From Nemertoderma westbladi (taxonomy: Eukaryota > Animalia > Xenacoelomorpha), in contig JAUCBJ010001051.1 of assembly GCA_032718475.1 (NCBI GenBank), positions 12,760 through 76,759 of the forward strand: a stretch of DNA of 64,000 nucleotides, read 5' to 3'. Of the stretch, positions 57,201 to 64,000 are shown in pieces. The notes under the pieces are model-generated. The model had not been told where the DNA came from and did no database searches. It saw only the letters and a program-made list of their open reading frames with translations. Each line of letters starts with the position of its first letter. Position 1 is the first letter of the stretch. Both the position numbers and the translations under genes were made by a program.

Positions 57201-57480
57201 TAGCTTGTTGGTCGGGGTGGAACATGAGAGTAGCCTCCAACTCCAGAATCCCTCTCCCCTCACAATCTGGCCTCCCTGGTCACCCAGGGTTTGGGCCAGA
57301 AAGGTCATCAGGAAAGGGACTCACAGAATTGTTGGCCACTCTCTCTCCAGTAGGGGGTGAGACAGGCAGCCGGTCAGGAGATAACTGACGCCTGTGAGGC
57401 AGATTGTGTCCGGTAATTCCACTGGCCTCTAGTGGCCGGACCTCCGCATCACTAATGTAATCCATAGTGGGGGTAGGGGG
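54270..57480 (-). mobile_element. Near-full-length RTE-clade LINE (APE + RT), frameshifted; ends approximate
   Basis: APE motifs VGVQEHR, LGDFNA and SQID; RT motifs PVPKKGNL, VDFYKAFDS, QGDTLAP and FADD, spread over four ORF pieces (56888-57085, 56352-56900, 55285-56355, 54177-55409). GC-richer 5' UTR to ~57480. Confidence 0.9.
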
Positions 57481-57893
57481 TGCTTTTTAGGGTACGTATA
57501 ACAGTACTGGTGTGTATAATATACACAAGAGTAGAGTCGTGCTGCATACCTAAGTGCTGTACTGTCGGTACGCCAGTTGCCTAGCAACCAAGTCACAACA
57601 ATAATACTAATTACAGTATAATGTCCGTTTTTGTCGTACGCCTCAATACCACTTTTTTTCACTCATTTTCAATTTAGCAAAATTCAACTAATATCAGCAA
57701 AATGTCTCAATTTCTCTGGAGTGACTTCCGATTCGTTTTAATATCGAATATATCGTCCCTTTCATTTTCAAACAACCTAAATGACAAAATTGACTTTTCC
57801 TGTAAAACGGAATTTTTGATTCTAATTTTGTTTGCAAATAATATTCTAGGATTTTGGTCAAATTTGCTTTTAAATGTAACGATTTTAACAAAC

Positions 57894-60800
57894 TTTCTAC
57901 TGAGCAGGATTATTAGGCAAGAAATTTAATGGAATTTCAAGAATTACAAGCAACATTGAAAAAAGTATTAACATAAGTAGTCCTTGTATCTCATTTTCAA
58001 TAAATCAAATGTATAAAAGTATTATGGCATGATACCAAGTCCAAAACACAAATGTTCCAAACTCTGATGTTAATTGCAATAATACAATGGCTTGAGTAGT
58101 ATAGGCTTCCTCCTCTTTGTGACACTTGGACCCAACTGACACCCATTGGGTGTCATATGACACCCAATTATCACCATATGGGTGTCAATGGGTGTCATTG
58201 GCGCCAGGCTGTCTGGGTGACACCTACCAATTCGACTAATTAGACCCTAATTGACAGGTGTCATCAATTAATTAGTACAATTAAACCCTAATAGGTGTCC
58301 TATGACTCCTAATTAGGGTTTAATTGATTATCTTAAATAATCAGACTGATTAGCGCCCTGACACACAATGGGTCATCAGTGTTGTCCAACTGTCACAAAG
58401 CCGGCTCAAGAGGGTGTCATAATACATATAGGTTGTATGATTACTCAAAAAACATTAAAACATTTAATACAAATTCGATTATTAAGTTTTAAAAACATAA
58501 AACAAATCTCCCTCTATCATAATAAACAACAATTCTAGCTCCTCATTCGTTGTTTCCAATTTTATATCAACTTTTCCCGGGCTTACTCTACTTATAATAG
58601 TAAAATGTATTATACATTATTAATTATACATTATATATTAATTTCAACCCGGGTTGATATTAATTTCAACCCGGGTTGATATTAATTTCAACCCGGGTTG
58701 ATATTAATTTCAACCCGGGTTGAAATTAATTTCAACCCGGGTTGAAATTCAAGAAAAAAATGTTGATCAAAATAAAAATCAAAAAAGTAGTGAATTATAT
58801 TGGCCGCTTTCAGCCACCGTAATTATAGGTTGATTTAAAAAAAAATTATTTATCATGCTGTCTATGCAAAACTGGCATAGGCCCTATAGGTAGTTTTAAA
58901 ACGATAAATATCTCAGTTATACGTGGGAGTATGGCCTTCTAAGTTTGTTAATCGGATTTAGAATACATTTTAACATAGGAAATGCAACAATCTCCATTTC
59001 GGCAATAATGGCATACAGTAGGTGGTTCAAAATGAAAGGGACGATATTGTTTTATTTGGAAAAAAGTATTACCTTCAACAGAAATCCAATGATACAGTGG
59101 TTATCACTGTATCGGTATTGGATTTCTTAGGCAGAAGCTCCAGGTCCTACGAATTACCACAAAACACCCCAAAAAACACCAAAATAGTTCAAAAATACTA
59201 AAAAAAAAACTGTAACCAGTTCCAGTTCCATTACCAATTGACAGTTATAATTAGGTACTGTATTTTTGAACTGTTTTCTGGTATTTTGGGTAATTCGGTA
59301 ACTCATTTTTACACACGTTCGTGGGGCCATCGCGCAGGACGAGGCTCAGTTATTAGATACAGATTAAAATTGAGCAAATCCCAAAATCGGTACTTAAGAA
59401 ATTTAAATAAATAATTAAGAAAATTTAACCAAACTTTTACTTTAAAAAAAACTTTCGTATTGGCAGCTTGGCATCGATGTCATAGAAGTCCAGTCAAACT
59501 ACTCAAAAAAGTATTTTTTAAATTTATTTTTACTTTTCGTAAGTAATTTTTTCTGGAATCTTAGTGAAATATATTTAGATTAATTAACCCATTTTTAAAA
59601 ATATTACTGAGAAAAAGGGGGTTTTTCAAATAAAATACAGTACCGGTAATATGCTAGAAAAGCTAGTAAACTGAGTGACGAAACTGCCTAAATTTTAACA
59701 ACGAAAATATACACAAAAAGACTTGATATGGGATCGAACCCAGTATTTTCACATCACCACAACAAGAATATTTGAGCCAGTTTCAAAATTGGTCACCCTA
59801 AGCCTTTAATTATTGCATTTTTTATGATATAATATTGTAGATAATAGATTAAAGTCTGGGAAACCATTAGTGATTGTTTTTCTAAGCTGACAACTCGTTT
59901 CTACTGAGCAGGATTATTAGGCAAGAAATTTAATGGAATTTCAAGAATTACAAGCAACATTGAAAAAAGTATTAACATAAGTAGTCCTTGTATCTCATTT
60001 TCAATAAATCAAATGTATAAAAGTATTATGGCATGATACCAAGTCCAAAACACAAATGTTCCAAACTCTGATGTTAATTGCAATAATACAATGGCTTGAG
60101 TAGTATAGGCTTCCTCCTCTTTGTGACACTTGGACCCAACTGACACCCATTGGGTGTCATATGACACCCAATTATCACCATATGGGTGTCAATGGGTGTC
60201 ATTGGCGCCAGGCTGTCTGGGTGACACCTACCAATTCGACTAATTAGACCCTAATTGACAGGTGTCATCAATTAATTAGTACAATTAAACCCTAATAGGT
60301 GTCCTATGACTCCTAATTAGGGTTTAATTGATTATCTTAAATAATCAGACTGATTAGCGCCCTGACACACAATGGGTCATCAGTGTTGTCCAACTGTCAC
60401 AAAGCCGGCTCAAGAGGGTGTCATAATACATATAGGTTGTATGATTACTCAAAAAACATTAAAACATTTAATACAAATTCGATTATTAAGTTTTAAAAAC
60501 ATAAAACAAATCTCCCTCTATCATAATAAACAACAATTCTAGCTCCTCATTCGTTGTTTCCAATTTTATATCAACTTTTCCCGGGCTTACTCTACTTATA
60601 ATAGTAAAATGTATTATACATTATTAATTATACATTATATATTAATTTCAACCCGGGTTGATATTAATTTCAACCCGGGTTGATATTAATTTCAACCCGG
60701 GTTGATATTAATTTCAACCCGGGTTGAAATTAATTTCAACCCGGGTTGAAATTCAAGAAAAAAATGTTGATCAAAATAAAAATCAAAAAAGTAGTGAATT

Positions 60801-62430
60801 ATATTGGCCGCTTTCAGCCACCGTAATTATAGGTTGATTTAAAAAAAAATTATTTATCATGCTGTCTATGCAAAACTGGCATAGGCCCTATAGGTAGTTT
60901 TAAAACGATAAATATCTCAGTTATACGTGGGAGTATGGCCTTCTAAGTTTGTTAATCGGATTTAGAATACATTTTAACATAGGAAATGCAACAATCTCCA
61001 TTTCGGCAATAATGGCATACAGTAGGTGGTTCAAAATGAAAGGGACGATATTGTTTTATTTGGAAAAAAGTATTACCTTCAACAGAAATCCAATGATACA
61101 GTGGTTATCACTGTATCGGTATTGGATTTCTTAGGCAGAAGCTCCAGGTCCTACGAATTACCACAAAACACCCCAAAAAACACCAAAATAGTTCAAAAAT
61201 ACTAAAAAAAAAACTGTAACCAGTTCCAGTTCCATTACCAATTGACAGTTATAATTAGGTACTGTATTTTTGAACTGTTTTCTGGTATTTTGGGTAATTC
61301 GGTAACTCATTTTTACACACGTTCGTGGGGCCATCGCGCAGGACGAGGCTCAGTTATTAGATACAGATTAAAATTGAGCAAATCCCAAAATCGGTACTTA
61401 AGAAATTTAAATAAATAATTAAGAAAATTTAACCAAACTTTTACTTTAAAAAAAACTTTCGTATTGGCAGCTTGGCATCGATGTCATAGAAGTCCAGTCA
61501 AACTACTCAAAAAAGTATTTTTTAAATTTATTTTTACTTTTCGTAAGTAATTTTTTCTGGAATCTTAGTGAAATATATTTAGATTAATTAACCCATTTTT
61601 AAAAATATTACTGAGAAAAAGGGGGTTTTTCAAATAAAATACAGTACCGGTAATATGCTAGAAAAGCTAGTAAACTGAGTGACGAAACTGCCTAAATTTT
61701 AACAACGAAAATATACACAAAAAGACTTGATATGGGATCGAACCCAGTATTTTCACATCACCACAACAAGAATATTTGAGCCAGTTTCAAAATTGGTCAC
61801 CCTAAGCCTTTAATTATTGCATTTTTTATGATATAATATTGTAGATAATAGATTAAAGTCTGGGAAACCATTAGTGATTGTTTTTCTAAGCTGACAACTC
61901 GTTTCTACTGAGCAGGATTATTAGGCAAGAAATTTAATGGAATTTCAAGAATTACAAGCAACATTGAAAAAAGTATTAACATAAGTAGTCCTTGTATCTC
62001 ATTTTCAATAAATCAAATGTATAAAAGTATTATGGCATGATACCAAGTCCAAAACACAAATGTTCCAAACTCTGATGTTAATTGCAATAATACAATGGCT
62101 TGAGTAGTATAGGCTTCCTCCTCTTTGTGACACTTGGACCCAACTGACACCCATTGGGTGTCATATGACACCCAATTATCACCATATGGGTGTCAATGGG
62201 TGTCATTGGCGCCAGGCTGTCTGGGTGACACCTACCAATTCGACTAATTAGACCCTAATTGACAGGTGTCATCAATTAATTAGTACAATTAAACCCTAAT
62301 AGGTGTCCTATGACTCCTAATTAGGGTTTAATTGATTATCTTAAATAATCAGACTGATTAGCGCCCTGACACACAATGGGTCATCAGTGTTGTCCAACTG
62401 TCACAAAGCCGGCTCAAGAGGGTGTCATAA
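57894..62430. repeat. Tandem array of a 2004-bp unit (~2.26 copies)
   Basis: TTTCTACTGAGCAGGATT starts at 57894, 59898 and 61902; the units look identical. Confidence 0.95.
58638..58750. repeat. Five 22-bp palindromic units TTAATTTCAACCCGGGTTGA(T/A)A (again at ~60642-60754)
   Basis: Seen directly; each unit is centred on the palindrome TCAACCCGGGTTGA. Confidence 0.9.
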
Positions 62431-62783
62431 GTAACACCGCAGCTCTTTTTTTTTATTAATACCTATTTATTTGTATTTAATTATAATTTATTTAATTGTA
62501 TTTATTTGTACTTTATTTTAAATTAATTAATTGTATTACTTTTATATATTGTTTTCTATATGACCTCATTGACTTCCATCTCGTTATACTTAGATATAGG
62601 GTATACAGCTCCCTTACTTGTAACCAGACAGCTTTATATCCAGACAGCTTTATCGTTGACCTTTGACCCCCAATTAGCTTTAACCAAGCAACAGCTTATT
62701 AATAATAGTTGTATCCAAGCGCCCCGCCCCCTCCTCTCGTGACACCTCTGATTACTAATTACTCTTACCTATATCCAGCCGTC

Positions 62784-63193
62784 TGCAGTTCCATAGTCTG
62801 CCGCTAGAGGGCATATGATCTGAAAATTAACATCTTCTCTAACTTTGTTATTTTCATTCCGAATAGGTTTAAACTCGGTAGGCATCTACTACGGCATAGG
62901 CCATATCTTTTGCGGAGACATAGAGTAGTCTGAAGTTCCCCTGTCTGCCGCTAGATGGCGTATTATTTGAAAATTAGCATCTTCTCTAGCTTTGTTATTT
63001 ACAACCCGCAAAACTATGAATTTATATTGCTTAAGAGTTCTAAGGGGCGAGCCATGAGGCAAGATGTTTGAGACTTATTTAGATATATTATTACTTAATT
63101 TTGACCCCCCAAGCGATATCTATTACAATATGGGCTATATCTTTTGCAGAGTCACAGAGTATTCTGAAGTTCCCAGTCTGCCGCTAGAGGGCG
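62784..63193 (+). promoter_or_regulatory. Three tandem CTCF-like sites (62784-62813, 62931-62960, 63165-63193)
   Basis: TG(C/A)AGTTCC-N7-8-CCGCTAGA(G/T)GGC in each. Confidence 0.65.
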
Positions 63194-63947
63194 AAATGTC
63201 TCAAAGTGAAAACCATATGGTAGCCATGAATTGGTTACTAGGCAATAATACTGCATTTTGCAACGTTAGGCCTATTGCTGACCGAACGAAAACTGCCCTG
63301 GTTCATGCAGGGATCGAACCCATGACATACGGGAGATGTGAATTCAACGCAACCACTACACCAAGGTGGAACAGTAACCTTCGAATTTGTTCGTTGACGT
63401 TCGGATTTGTAAGACTCTCATTTAAGACCTGACACAGACATGCCTCCGGGCACTAGGCTAACATGCCACTGAGCAATGAGCATAGACTATGGCTCACTGA
63501 GGCATAGACTATGCCTCACTGAGGCACTGAGGCACTGAGGCATAGACTATGCCTCACTGAGGCACTGAGGCATAGACTATGCCTCAGTGCTTCAGTGAGG
63601 CATAGTCTATGCCTCAGTGCCTCAGTGAGGCATAGTCTATGCCTAAGTGAGTCATAGTCTATGCCTCAGTGAGGCATAGTCTAGTGCCTCACTGACGCAT
63701 AGTCTGTGTCAGGTATTAAATGAGAGTCTTACAAATCCGAACGTCAACAAACAAAAACGAAGGATACTGTTCCACCTTGGTGTAGTGGTTGCATTGAATT
63801 CACATCTCCCGTAGGTCATGGGTTCGATCCCTGCATGAACCAGGGCAGTTTTCGTTCGGTCAGCAATAGGCCTAACGTTGCAAAATGCAGTATTACTGCC
63901 TAGTAACCAATTCATGGCCACCATATAGTTGTCAATTTGAGAAATTT

Positions 63948-63977
63948 CGCCCTCTAGCGGCAGACTGGGGAACTTCA
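63948..63977 (-). promoter_or_regulatory. CTCF-like site convergent with those at 62784-63193
   Basis: The minus strand reads TGAAGTTCC-CCAGTCTG-CCGCTAGAGGGCG. Confidence 0.65.
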
Positions 63978-64000
63978 GAATGCTCTGCGACTCTGCAAAA

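Larger units (their letters stand above)
62125..64000. mobile_element. Large palindromic (foldback) element with CTCF sites and tRNA-SINE heads, centred near 63590; the right arm runs off the window
   Basis: 63130-63440 is the reverse complement of 63700-64000. The centre is made of ACTGAGGCATAGACTATGCCTC hairpin repeats that switch orientation. The left part matches 2380-3050 inverted. Confidence 0.75.

Noticed and set aside
57180-57480. HDV-like ribozyme in the RTE 5' UTR
   Set aside because: Known in some RTE elements, but I could not build the nested double pseudoknot by eye; it needs an RNArobo or Infernal search.
2380-62860. Inverted copies at both window ends as TIRs of one ~60-kb element
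   Set aside because: Their CTCF-bearing interiors point away from each other, and ordinary host genes lie between them; two independent insertions is simpler.
58638-63705. CRISPR-like arrays of 22-bp palindromic repeats
   Set aside because: No unique spacers, no cas genes, and a eukaryotic context.

Overview
AT-rich animal genomic DNA, probably a bilaterian invertebrate, dominated by transposable elements. Host genes: the last four coding exons of an ARID2/BAF200-like gene (+, 5206-12065), with a two-exon CACYBP gene nested antisense in one intron. The main feature is a BEL/Pao LTR retrotransposon (-, 18239-41593, TSD ATGGT, about 18.6 kb without its insert). It has ~1.29-kb LTRs and an intact 2719-aa Gag-Pol, and no tRNA PBS; instead the 11 nt next to the LTR are complementary to a site in its own LTR, like Tf1 self-priming. 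It also carries an extra ~1417-codon ORF with a WRN/EXD2/MUT-7-like DEDDy 3'-5' exonuclease and zinc knuckles, split by a young GalEa-type Copia element (20299-25025). An 8.3-kb tandem duplication creates a third LTR. The window also holds a near-full-length degenerate RTE LINE, MITE/foldback and Helentron-like elements, tRNA-derived SINEs and a 2004-bp tandem array. A palindromic repeat family with full CTCF sites occurs at both ends; one copy lies next to an orphan ~557-codon intronless gene. All calls were made by eye, with no database searches.
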